Source: Archangium sp.
GTDB taxonomy: Bacteria; Myxococcota; Myxococcia; Myxococcales; Myxococcaceae
Direction of reading: 5' to 3'
Length of the DNA: 64,000 nucleotides
Assembly (NCBI GenBank): GCA_031367385.1
Contig: JANLPS010000358.1
Coordinates: 1 to 64,000, forward strand
Position 1 is the first letter of the stretch. Every line of letters begins with the position of its first letter. Positions 27,354 through 36,401 of this stretch are shown piece after piece. The notes beneath the pieces are model-generated. The model saw nothing but the letters and a program-made list of their open reading frames with translations, had not been told where the DNA came from and made no database searches. A program made the translations under genes and the position numbers.

Positions 27354-29303
27354 ATGCGGCTCCGGGCGATTGGCATGGTGTGGTGTCTCGTCGTATCAGC
27401 CTGCGCCGCCACGAGCTCGAGCGCCATCTGTGACCCCGCGAAGTGCGCCGGCTGCTGCAGCGGCAACGCCTGCGTGCTCTTCGCTTCGCAGACCAACGAG
27501 CTGTGCGGCTCGACCGCCGAGTGCACCAGCTGCGCGAGCGACCTCTCGTGCCAACAGGGCCTGTGCACGCCCGCCAACACCTGCGCCACCAACAACGGCG
27601 ATTGCGACGCGCACGCCACCTGTTCGCCACCCCCCGCGGCCGTGAAGTGCGCCTGCACCACCGGCTTCGTCGGAGACGGCCAGCACTGCGCCCCCGTGGT
27701 CAGCACCCTGCGCGCCAGCCCCGGCGTGCTCTCGCCCGCGTTTCGCCCCGACCTCACGACCTACCTCGTCATCGTGCCGCCCGACACGACGACGGTGCAG
27801 CTCGCCGCCAGCAGCGTCACGCCAGGCGCCACCATGGCTTTCAACGGCACCGGCAACCCGATGGTGACGCTCGCCCCCACTGGCGTGACCAGCGTCACCG
27901 TCACCGCGCTGGTCGGCACCACCCGCAGCGTGCCGTACCAGGTGCAGGTTCACCGCTCGACCACCAGCCTGGCCGAGCGCGCCTTCGTCAAGGCGTCGAA
28001 CACCCACGCCGACCTGCGCTTCGGCCGATCAATCGCGCTCTCGGCTGACGGCCTGGTGCTCGCGGTCGGCGCGAGCGGTGACTCCAGCAATGCCACTGGC
28101 ATCAACGGCTCGACCACTGACACCAGCGCGCCTCGCAGCGGCGCGGTCGCCATCTACCGCCGCGCCAGCAATACCGGCGCCTGGTCACAAGAAGCCTTCG
28201 TGAAGTCGTCGAACACCGAGACCGCCGATGCATTCGGCTGGGCCGTCGCTTTGTCGAGCGACGGGTCAACGCTCGCCGTCAGCGCTCCAGGAGAAGACGG
28301 GCCCACCAACGGCGCCACCGACTCGGGAGCGGTCTACGTCTTTCGCCACGGCACCAGCTGGGCGCAAGAAGCGCTGCTGCGCTCGTCGAATGCAGAGACG
28401 GGTGATGGCTTCGGCTGGGGTCTCGCGCTCTCGGCCGACGGAGCCACCCTGGTCGCCAGCGCTCCCTTCGAAGACGGCGCGGGCAATGCCCTCGAGTCGA
28501 GTGGCGCGGCGTTCGTGTTCACTCGCGCTGGCACCGCGTGGTCAGAGCAGGCGCTGTTGCGGGCGATGACTCCCGCGCGCAACCTGCTCTTTGGCCGCGC
28601 TGTGGCGATCAGCGCCGATGCGTTGACGATCGCCGTCGCGTCGCCCACCGAGGCGCTCGGCGGGGTGGTGACGCTGTTCAAAGGCCCCGCGAGAGTGCCT
28701 GATGGCCAGGTGCGCGGCGCCAACACCCTCGAAGACGACCACTTCGGTGCCTCGCTGGCGCTCTCTGGCGATGGGTTGCTGTTGGCGGTCGGAGCCCCCA
28801 CCGAATCAACCTTGGCGGTTGGCGTGAACCCGGCTGCGACGACGGTCACCGCGTCAGCGAGCGGCGCGGTGTACCTGCTGCGACGGGGCGCCTCGGGCTG
28901 GGCGCAAGAAGCCTTCGTCAAGGCCACCAACACCCATGACGGTGACGTCTTCGGCACCAGCGTCGCGCTCTCGGCTGACGGAGCGGTGTTGGCCGTTGGC
29001 GCTCCGGGAGAAGACTCCGAATCGCGCGGCATCGAGGGCAACCAATCGACCTTGCTCGCGGCCGACAGTGGCGCGGTGTTTCTGTACCGAGGTCAAGGCG
29101 GCGTCTGGGTTCGCAGCGCGTACGTGAAGGCCAGCAACGCCGACGCCGCCGACGTGTTCGGCACTTCTGTCGCGCTGTCGTCGAACGGCGCACGGCTTGT
29201 CGCAACTTCACCGGGCGATGATTCGTCGGCGAACGGCCTCGACGGTGACGCGGCGAACAATGACGCGGCCGAGAGCGGCGCGTGCTTCGTGTTCGACGAG
29301 TAG
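27354..29303 (+). CDS. Lipoprotein with EGF-like, cadherin-like beta-sandwich and FG-GAP (integrin-alpha-like) repeats
   Basis: Cys-rich N-terminus, EGF-like CATNNGDCDAHATC...CACTTGFVGDGQHC, LSPAFRPDLTTY, and repeated FG.SVALSADG..LAVGAP...SGAVY. Confidence 0.88.
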   Translation: MRLRAIGMVWCLVVSACAATSSSAICDPAKCAGCCSGNACVLFASQTNELCGSTAECTSCASDLSCQQGLCTPANTCATNNGDCDAHATCSPPPAAVKCACTTGFVGDGQHCAPVVSTLRASPGVLSPAFRPDLTTYLVIVPPDTTTVQLAASSVTPGATMAFNGTGNPMVTLAPTGVTSVTVTALVGTTRSVPYQVQVHRSTTSLAERAFVKASNTHADLRFGRSIALSADGLVLAVGASGDSSNATGINGSTTDTSAPRSGAVAIYRRASNTGAWSQEAFVKSSNTETADAFGWAVALSSDGSTLAVSAPGEDGPTNGATDSGAVYVFRHGTSWAQEALLRSSNAETGDGFGWGLALSADGATLVASAPFEDGAGNALESSGAAFVFTRAGTAWSEQALLRAMTPARNLLFGRAVAISADALTIAVASPTEALGGVVTLFKGPARVPDGQVRGANTLEDDHFGASLALSGDGLLLAVGAPTESTLAVGVNPAATTVTASASGAVYLLRRGASGWAQEAFVKATNTHDGDVFGTSVALSADGAVLAVGAPGEDSESRGIEGNQSTLLAADSGAVFLYRGQGGVWVRSAYVKASNADAADVFGTSVALSSNGARLVATSPGDDSSANGLDGDAANNDAAESGACFVFDE

Positions 29304-29396
29304 TCGCGCTGTCGTCAAATGTCGCGCGACGTGTCGCACTCTCGGGGCGACGACGCGGCGATAGAGAGGGCGCCCGCGTGTTTCGTGTTCGACGTG
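29303..29396 (+). pseudogene. Degenerate, internally deleted copy of the 3' end of the FG-GAP gene
   Basis: gtcgcgctgtcgtcaaatgtcgcgcgacgtgtcgca matches 29169-29204, and gcgtgtttcgtgttcgacg matches 29280-29298. Confidence 0.65.
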
Positions 29397-29417
29397 CAAA
29401 TCGGGTATGCCGCGCCG

Positions 29418-30755
29418 ATGCGTTTCTTTCTTCTGTGTTTGGGGCTGTGTGCCCTCGTGCTGGTGAGCTGCGGCCCCACGTCGACCCTCTGCGCCGACAC
29501 CTGTCTTGGCTGCTGCGATGTCACCGGGCAGTGCCAGTTCGGCAACACCGTCAGCGCCTGCGGCCTCAAGGGCTCGACCTGCTCGGCGTGCACGGGCTCG
29601 CAATCGTGCTCGGTGGGGGCTTGCCTGTCACCGGGCGCTGGTTCGAACGACGCCGGCAGAGTGACGACTGACAGCGGTGTGCTGCCCTCGGTCGATGCCG
29701 GTGGCTCGTCGGGCGCCGATTCGGGCACGAGCGAATCCGCTGACTCGGGCGCGCAGGGCCATGACTCCGGCGTGCCGCTCACCGACTCCGGCGTGCAGAC
29801 ACGCGACTCGGGCGTGCCGCCCAATGACTCCGGAGTGCCGATGGACTCGGGCGTGCAAGTCGACTCCGGCGTCGCGACTGACGCAGGCCGCGCCGATGCT
29901 GGAGTGCCCAGCGACATCGCCAGCGCACGAGCGGCCGATTTCCCCGCGTATGTCTCGCTCAAGGGCGTGGTGGTCAGCGCGGTGTACTTCGCGGCGCCCT
30001 CGCAATCGACGGGCGACGACTGTGCCGACACGGGCACCAAGGGCGTCAACGCGAGCTTCTGGGTCGTCGACCCGAGCCACCCGAAAGACGGCCTGTTCGT
30101 GACCAAATTTCGCTGCGACGTGCCCTCTGACTACTCGCCAACGGTCGGAGACGTGCTCGACCTCACCGGCTACGTCGGCCGAGAGGTGCCGTACGCCGAC
30201 CGCGAGGCGTACCGGGTCGAGCTCAAAGACCAGTACGACTTTCTCGTGACGAAGCCGGCGACGTGCACGCTCCAATCGACTCCGCCGTGTACGCCGTTGG
30301 CCATCGTGAAACAGGGCACGGCGTCTCCACCGACTGGGTACCCGGCCTTTTCGGTGCTGGGCGAGCTGCAAGCGCGGCCCGACCTGCTCGGTGCGCGAAT
30401 TACGCTCTCGGGTGCGCTGTACATCTCTTCGGCGACGCCCCTGGCGCTCAAGCGCACCTCGGCGCTCCCGAATGATCAGCACTATTACGGCTTTCAATTG
30501 CCGACCGGAGCACTGATCAACGACTCCCATACGCGCGCCCTGGGCTGCGACTACCGTGCGCAGGCCCTCGACGGCGGGGGCCTGGTCACCTTCACCAGCA
30601 TCACCGGCGTGTGGGACACCTACTCGAATGCGCCCTGCGCCGATGGCGGCGTGGCGGGTATCTGCTTTCGAAACGCAGGCTTCGTGCCTGGCACCGACGC
30701 CGGGTACACCCACGTGCTCTACCCAATCACCTGCGCCGACTACGTCTCACCGTGA
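29418..30755 (+). CDS. Cys-rich lipoprotein with DSG/DAG repeat linker and OB-fold-like domains
   Basis: Lipobox LVSC, CxxCxGCC module, DSGV repeats, and FWVVDP...GLFV...PTVGDVLDLTGYV (OB-like). Confidence 0.75.
   Translation: MRFFLLCLGLCALVLVSCGPTSTLCADTCLGCCDVTGQCQFGNTVSACGLKGSTCSACTGSQSCSVGACLSPGAGSNDAGRVTTDSGVLPSVDAGGSSGADSGTSESADSGAQGHDSGVPLTDSGVQTRDSGVPPNDSGVPMDSGVQVDSGVATDAGRADAGVPSDIASARAADFPAYVSLKGVVVSAVYFAAPSQSTGDDCADTGTKGVNASFWVVDPSHPKDGLFVTKFRCDVPSDYSPTVGDVLDLTGYVGREVPYADREAYRVELKDQYDFLVTKPATCTLQSTPPCTPLAIVKQGTASPPTGYPAFSVLGELQARPDLLGARITLSGALYISSATPLALKRTSALPNDQHYYGFQLPTGALINDSHTRALGCDYRAQALDGGGLVTFTSITGVWDTYSNAPCADGGVAGICFRNAGFVPGTDAGYTHVLYPITCADYVSP
29648..29905 (+). repeat. 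18-21 bp imperfect coding repeats encoding DSG[V]/DAG units
   Basis: gactc(c/g)gg(c/a)gt recurs six times in 29763-29873, flanked by further DSG/DAG units. Confidence 0.8.
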
Positions 30756-32146
30756 GCACCGGCTTCACCCTCAGTGGGTTGTCGGTGCGGTTTCTCGAGC
30801 CCGATGCGCTGCCCAAAGGCCTCGGCGCCGGCACGCTCACCCCGGGCAAAGCCTTCTTGCGGCACTTCGACGCGGCGCAGTTCGGCCCCGCGCTGGCGGC
30901 GACGGCGCAGACGGGTGCGCTGAGCGAGGTCTCGGCATGTGCGCTGGGTGATGCGGTGCTGCAGCTGGGAGCCCCAGGCGGGTTTCTCGACGCGAGCGGG
31001 CTCGAGGTGCAGGCGCTGCGTGAGTCGTTCATCGCGGTGGCGACCCAGGCGTTGCGTGACCGGGCGCTGGCCGAAAAGTTGTTCGAAGGTGGCGTCATCG
31101 ATCGCCTCGGCTCGCCTCGACACTTTCTGGGTGCCCTGCCGGTACGGGTGATTTCGCGGCAGGTGACGCGTGAATCGCTCGCCGCGGCGAGGTCGATGAT
31201 CTCCGGCGGGTGGGACGCGGACTTGCTGCACGTGCTCGAGAGCGCGGGGCTGCGGGCCGCGGCCGATCACGCCGAGGACTTGCTCGTTCTGGTGCCCGTG
31301 TGGGAGCGCGCGCTTGAGGCGCCGACGCCGGCCGAGCCGCGTGCCCCAAGTGAGCTCAGCGCGCGGCTGCGTGAGGCGATCGCACAGGGAGTGACCGACA
31401 TCGTCATCGACGACGGAGCCGATGACATCGCTCGCCAGTGGCTGACCGAGCAGCAGCTGACCGAGCTCAACGCGACCCGGTTGTTGGTGACCAGCTTCAC
31501 GCTGGGCGAGCTTGGGCGGGTGCGGCTCACGGCGACGATCGAGCGCGGGCAGTTGCGCCTCACGCTGCGGCCGGGTGGGCACATGACCCCGAAGTTGAAC
31601 CGGCTGCCACTCGAAGTGGCGAGCGCGCTGACTGACGTGAAGTCGGGGCTGGTGGTGCTGGCCGGTGCGCCTGCCTCGGGTCGATCGAGCACCTTCGCGG
31701 CGGTGATGGAGCACTTCGCGCGCAGCGGGCGAACCTGTCTGACGCTCGAGCAACCAGCGTTTTTTTCACTCCTCGGGGTGCGGCAGGTCGAGCTCGAGGT
31801 TGATCAATCACTGGCGGTGTTTCGGCAAAGCGCGCGGTTGTTGCCGGTCGAGGTGATTGGCATCGACCTGGTCGACGACGAGGCCGGAGTCGACGCAGCG
31901 CTCGAAGCGGCGGCCGATGGGCGGTTGGTGGTGGTCGTGATGCGGGCGATGTCTCTCGCCGCGACGGTGCTTCGTCTGACCGAACTCGATGCGAAATGGC
32001 ACCGGCGGCGGCTCGCTGAGCACTTGTCGCTCGTGGTCTGTCAGTCGCGTGGCGAGGCCACCTCGCTCGTACCAAGCCAGGCCCTGCGCCGGCATCTCCG
32101 CTCTCAATCGACACCGCCGCCGCCGATACTGCTCGAGCCGGAGTGA
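30752..32146 (+). CDS. PilT/VirB11-like ATPase homolog with degenerate catalytic motifs
   Basis: GLVVLAGAPASGRSSTFAA, LTLEQP, VRQVE, EVIGIDL and ALEAAADGRLVVVVMR are collinear with the PilT Walker A, Asp box, Walker B and His box. GTGA overlap with upstream stop. Confidence 0.72.
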   Translation: MSTGFTLSGLSVRFLEPDALPKGLGAGTLTPGKAFLRHFDAAQFGPALAATAQTGALSEVSACALGDAVLQLGAPGGFLDASGLEVQALRESFIAVATQALRDRALAEKLFEGGVIDRLGSPRHFLGALPVRVISRQVTRESLAAARSMISGGWDADLLHVLESAGLRAAADHAEDLLVLVPVWERALEAPTPAEPRAPSELSARLREAIAQGVTDIVIDDGADDIARQWLTEQQLTELNATRLLVTSFTLGELGRVRLTATIERGQLRLTLRPGGHMTPKLNRLPLEVASALTDVKSGLVVLAGAPASGRSSTFAAVMEHFARSGRTCLTLEQPAFFSLLGVRQVELEVDQSLAVFRQSARLLPVEVIGIDLVDDEAGVDAALEAAADGRLVVVVMRAMSLAATVLRLTELDAKWHRRRLAEHLSLVVCQSRGEATSLVPSQALRRHLRSQSTPPPPILLEPE

Positions 32147-32672
32147 TCAGAGCCCGGCTGATCATCCACAACTGCAAACAATTCGGTACCCGCACGCGGC
32201 GAACGCCGCACCGTTGCCCAGCCGAGCGCGAGAATGCTCCGGAGCGAACACGATACAGCCTGACTGACCGTGCTGATCTTCCAGCTCAAACTCGCAACCG
32301 CCCTCGGCCGCCGTCCGAATCACCCCTTCACAGTGGCCGCCGTCCCGTTCAACGATTGCGAACTGGCGAGCCGTTCAGCGGCAGCAGCAACGCCTTTGGC
32401 GCCTCGGGTTCGACAAGTCGCTCATCACGTTGAGCCCCTGTCAGAGCGACGATTTGCGAATTGGCGCATGAAACCAAGACAAAGCAAGCCAACATCCAAG
32501 TCATATCGCGGTGCGTGTTCATGCAGGCTTCCTCGCGAAAGTGAACGCTTGGCGCGCGGCGACATACCGGCCGGGGCAGGCCCCAATGAGCTATTGGCTG
32601 TGCTGTAAGCTTCTGTACGAGAGACCCCCTCATCAACTCACGGGGCCAGGAGTACCTTTGCAAACCCCGCCA

Positions 32673-35600
32673 ATGATCACCCTTCGAACCGCCATGGCGA
32701 TGATCTTTCTCGGGGCATGCGCTCGCACTGATCACCCAGCGGAGGATCAGCCGGTCGCAGCCAAGGTCGACTCGCTTCGTCGCATTCACGCATCGCTTCG
32801 GACCGAACGTGAACGCCCTCTGGTCACCAACGGCTCAATCGAGCACACCATCGCCGAGGGCTTCACCGGTCCTTCCAGTCACTCGTACGTGCTGGTCACC
32901 GACGCGGGAGAGCGCCTCGAGTTGCACCCCACCACCGAGCTGCCGACCCTCCTCACCGGTACCCACGTTCGGCTCAACGGCGTTCGTCTCGGCGACCACC
33001 TCGTCGTGCGCCAGCTCGACGCGATGACCTCGCCCGCCCCGCCGCCACCTCCCGCGCCAACGGTTCGAACGCTCGCGGTCGTGCTCTACCACTATCAAAC
33101 GCAAACCCCGCCGTGGACGGTGGCCTTCGCGCGCGGCACCGCCTTCACCGACGCGTTCAGCATTCGCAACTACTACCAAGCCGTCTCCTTCGGTCAGATC
33201 ACCCTCGAGGGTCAGGTGAATGGCGCGAACGGTGACGTGTACGGCTGGTACGTGTTGCCGGGCCCTCCACCCGTCTGCGGAGAGATCGGCTCATCGGCGG
33301 CCGCCACGCTCGCTGCAGCCGACGGGTTCAACGAAGCCAATTACCAGCATGTCGTCTACGCCTTCGCGGGCACCAGCTGCGGGTACGTCGGCAAGGCCGA
33401 TGTCGGCGGTCGGCGCGTCTGGTTCAACGATGGCGCATTCAACATGGGCGCGGTGGCCCATGAGATCGGCCACAACCTGGGCCTCGCCCACGCAGGCAGC
33501 TTGCGGTGCACCACCGCCGGCGTCCCCGTCGCGTTTGGCTTGTCGTGCGTGAACAACGAATACGGAGACCCCTTCGACATCATGGGCGATGCCTGGAGTC
33601 ACCGGCAGCTCAAACCCGAAAACAGAAATCAGCTCGGGTGGTTGACCGGCGCGGGCATTCAGCAGGTCACCCTCGATGGCACCTTCGTTCTCGCGCCGTT
33701 GGAGTCGACGCCGGCCGGCGTTCACATGCTGCGAATCGGAGAGGTCGGTACCCCCGCCTTCAACGTCGAGTTTCGCCAGCCAACCGGCGTGTTCGATGAC
33801 TTCACCGCGGCCGACCCCACGGTGAATGGAGTCATCATTCGCACCACGGGCGTGCTCGACATGACGCCCAGCACGCCCAGCTTTCTCGATGCTGCGTTGG
33901 CGGTGGGCAAGACGTTCACCGACCCACTCACCGGCCTGTCGATCACCACCAAGAGCGTCGCCGCCACCGGGGCCGAAGTCACCGTGGCCTTCGGGCCGTG
34001 CGTGCGCCGCGCGCCTTCGATGACGACTGGCACGACCTTTCAAACGACTCCAGCGGGAGGTCAGACGCTCACCTACTCCGTGACCCTCACCAATCAGGAC
34101 TACACCAAGTGCGGAGCCTCGACGTTCACCGTGACCGCCACCCTGCCGGGAGCGGGGTGGGTTCAAGCGCCAGCCGCGGCCGCGTCAATCGAGCCCGGCC
34201 AGTCACATACGTTTGATCTCGCGATCACCGGGCCAGTCGGTGCGCCCGAGGCGACCTACACGGTCGATGAGACGTTCACCAACGCCACCAGCAGCCTCAG
34301 CAACACGCTCACGCTCGAGTACGAAATCAAAACACCCGACACGATGCCGCCGGCGGTGGTGAACATCACCGCTCCCCTCGAGGGCACCATCTTCAGCGCC
34401 GCGCAATTGGTGTGGATCACCGTCGACACATCGCCCGACGTCGACCACGTCGACTTCTTCGACGGAGCGTTCGGCATGGGGAGCTCGCGCTCCGCGCCTT
34501 TTCAGAAAATGTGGCCCGTCGACACGTACAACAATGGGCCGCACACACTCACCGCCAAGGGCTTCGACGCAGCGGGCAACTTTCTCGCGTCGACCGTGCA
34601 CATCATCGTTCGCATTGGCGTCGACTTGGTGCTCGCGGCCCTCGCGACGAACGAGACCACCGTGACGCCCGGTGGCGTCATCACCGCGACCGCCAGCATC
34701 AAGAACCAGGGCATCACCGAATCGGGGGCTTGGGAAATGCGCTTCGTGCTCTCGACCGATGCGGTGTTCGGTGGGGCCGACGACATCGCCTTCGTCACAG
34801 CGCCAGTCGTCGATTCAGTTGATGCGGGAGTGACCTTCACCACCGACACAGCGCTCACCGTGCCCGCCGCAACGCCCTTCGGCGCCTACTACCTCTGCGC
34901 GGCCGCCGACAGCGCGGCGACCGTCGTCGAGACCGATGAGACCAACAACACCTCGTGCACAGCGTTCAAGGTGCAAGTGGTCTCGGGAATACCGGTGGTG
35001 GTGACCCCGGCTCACGCCACGCCGAACCCGGTGGTCGGCGTGAGCACCTCCCTCTCCACGCTCGCGAGTGACGACCAGGGTGAGGCCGCGCTCACCTACA
35101 CCTGGTCGGGCCCCGCGGGAGTCTCCTTCGCGCCGAACGGCACCAATGCCGCGTCGAACAGCGTGGCCACCTTCACCCACGCGGGCGACTTCACGGTGCT
35201 GGTGACCATCACCGATCGCGCCAACAATCAGGTCGTCAGCTCGACCCAAATCACCGTCACAGCGACGCCGACCGCGCTCTCGGTGAGCCCCACCGTGGCT
35301 ACGGTCGAGAGCGCCAACCGCCAGCAGTTCACCGCGGTCGTGACTGATCAATTTGGCGCCGCGCTCCCCGCGCAACCCACGCTCACCTGGGTCATCAGTG
35401 GCGGCGGAGTGCTCGATGCGCAAGGCCTGTTCACCGCGGGCCCGGTCGCAGGAGGCCCCTTCGTGCTGACCGTCTCCTCGGGGTCGCTGAGCGCGACGGC
35501 GCAAGTCAGCGTATCGAGCGAACCCGATACCGCCGCGCCGACGGTGGCGATTACCGAGCCTGCCGCCGACACCCGACTGGTGGGCTCGACTCGCGTGCTG

Positions 35601-36233
35601 GCGGTCGCGACCGACGACTTCGCCGTGGTGAAGGTGCAGCTCTTCGTCGATTCGACGCAGCTCGCCGAGCTGTCGGTGCCGCCCTTCGCCGTGATGCTCG
35701 ACCCATCGTCACTGACCGCTGGTGACCACCTGCTCACCGCGAAGGCCTTCGACGCGGCAGGGCATTCCACGCTGAGCGCGCCCGTCAAAGTGGTGGTCGG
35801 CCCGGCGGGCGGCCTTGATCAATCGCCGCCGTCGGTGCGCATCACCGCTCCCGCCCAGAATGAATCGACTCGCCTCGCGCTCGATGTCAGCGCCACCGCG
35901 ACTGACGACGTTGGCGTGACCCGCGTCGAATTCGAGCTCGACGGCACCCTCGCCGCCACCGTCGACGCAGCGCCGTTTGCGGCTCGTCTCACGGTCTCCG
36001 CCGGCCCGCACACCCTCGTCGCCACCGCTTGGGACGCAGTGGGGCACCGCACCCGATCGGCGACAGTCGCCTTTCGCGCTGAAGATGCGACGGTTTTCGA
36101 CGGTGGCGTGACCGCGTCTCCGACTCCAGCGGGTGGCGTGAAAGGCACCTGTGGGTGCGACGCCAGCGGAGGATCGCTCCTCGTCGGCCTATTGGCCCTG
36201 CTCAGGAGGCGGCCCAGAGCAAAGGGAGACTGA
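32673..36233 (+). CDS. Zinc metalloprotease (M11/gametolysin-like) with Ig-like/CARDB/PKD domains and MYXO-CTERM
   Basis: HEIGHNLGLAH, EYGDPFDIMG Met-turn, DT.PP.V.IT.P Ig repeats, CARDB VVETDETNN, C-terminal GTCGC + hydrophobic + RRR, and lipobox LGAC. Confidence 0.88.
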   Translation: MITLRTAMAMIFLGACARTDHPAEDQPVAAKVDSLRRIHASLRTERERPLVTNGSIEHTIAEGFTGPSSHSYVLVTDAGERLELHPTTELPTLLTGTHVRLNGVRLGDHLVVRQLDAMTSPAPPPPPAPTVRTLAVVLYHYQTQTPPWTVAFARGTAFTDAFSIRNYYQAVSFGQITLEGQVNGANGDVYGWYVLPGPPPVCGEIGSSAAATLAAADGFNEANYQHVVYAFAGTSCGYVGKADVGGRRVWFNDGAFNMGAVAHEIGHNLGLAHAGSLRCTTAGVPVAFGLSCVNNEYGDPFDIMGDAWSHRQLKPENRNQLGWLTGAGIQQVTLDGTFVLAPLESTPAGVHMLRIGEVGTPAFNVEFRQPTGVFDDFTAADPTVNGVIIRTTGVLDMTPSTPSFLDAALAVGKTFTDPLTGLSITTKSVAATGAEVTVAFGPCVRRAPSMTTGTTFQTTPAGGQTLTYSVTLTNQDYTKCGASTFTVTATLPGAGWVQAPAAAASIEPGQSHTFDLAITGPVGAPEATYTVDETFTNATSSLSNTLTLEYEIKTPDTMPPAVVNITAPLEGTIFSAAQLVWITVDTSPDVDHVDFFDGAFGMGSSRSAPFQKMWPVDTYNNGPHTLTAKGFDAAGNFLASTVHIIVRIGVDLVLAALATNETTVTPGGVITATASIKNQGITESGAWEMRFVLSTDAVFGGADDIAFVTAPVVDSVDAGVTFTTDTALTVPAATPFGAYYLCAAADSAATVVETDETNNTSCTAFKVQVVSGIPVVVTPAHATPNPVVGVSTSLSTLASDDQGEAALTYTWSGPAGVSFAPNGTNAASNSVATFTHAGDFTVLVTITDRANNQVVSSTQITVTATPTALSVSPTVATVESANRQQFTAVVTDQFGAALPAQPTLTWVISGGGVLDAQGLFTAGPVAGGPFVLTVSSGSLSATAQVSVSSEPDTAAPTVAITEPAADTRLVGSTRVLAVATDDFAVVKVQLFVDSTQLAELSVPPFAVMLDPSSLTAGDHLLTAKAFDAAGHSTLSAPVKVVVGPAGGLDQSPPSVRITAPAQNESTRLALDVSATATDDVGVTRVEFELDGTLAATVDAAPFAARLTVSAGPHTLVATAWDAVGHRTRSATVAFRAEDATVFDGGVTASPTPAGGVKGTCGCDASGGSLLVGLLALLRRRPRAKGD

Positions 36234-36401
36234 TTCAATGCCAACGATTCTCGAGACGAAACAGTCGCGGTCGAGCGAAGCGCTTGCCGTGCTCAAGCAG
36301 TGACTCGCCGGCACCGGGGTTTTCGATGGTTGCCGCCTTCAAAGTGCGCCTAAGTCAGCCCACGCCGCCGCGCACGTCAGTCTTTGGAGCCGCCCTCCCT
36401 C

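Noticed and set aside
29169..29396. Gene 3' end plus downstream copy as a diversity-generating retroelement VR/TR pair
   Set aside because: Differences are not adenine-specific and include indels, and no reverse transcriptase is nearby.
30752..32146. Functional pilT/pilU gene symbol
   Set aside because: The Walker A Lys, Walker B Glu and His-box His residues are all substituted, so no symbol was assigned.
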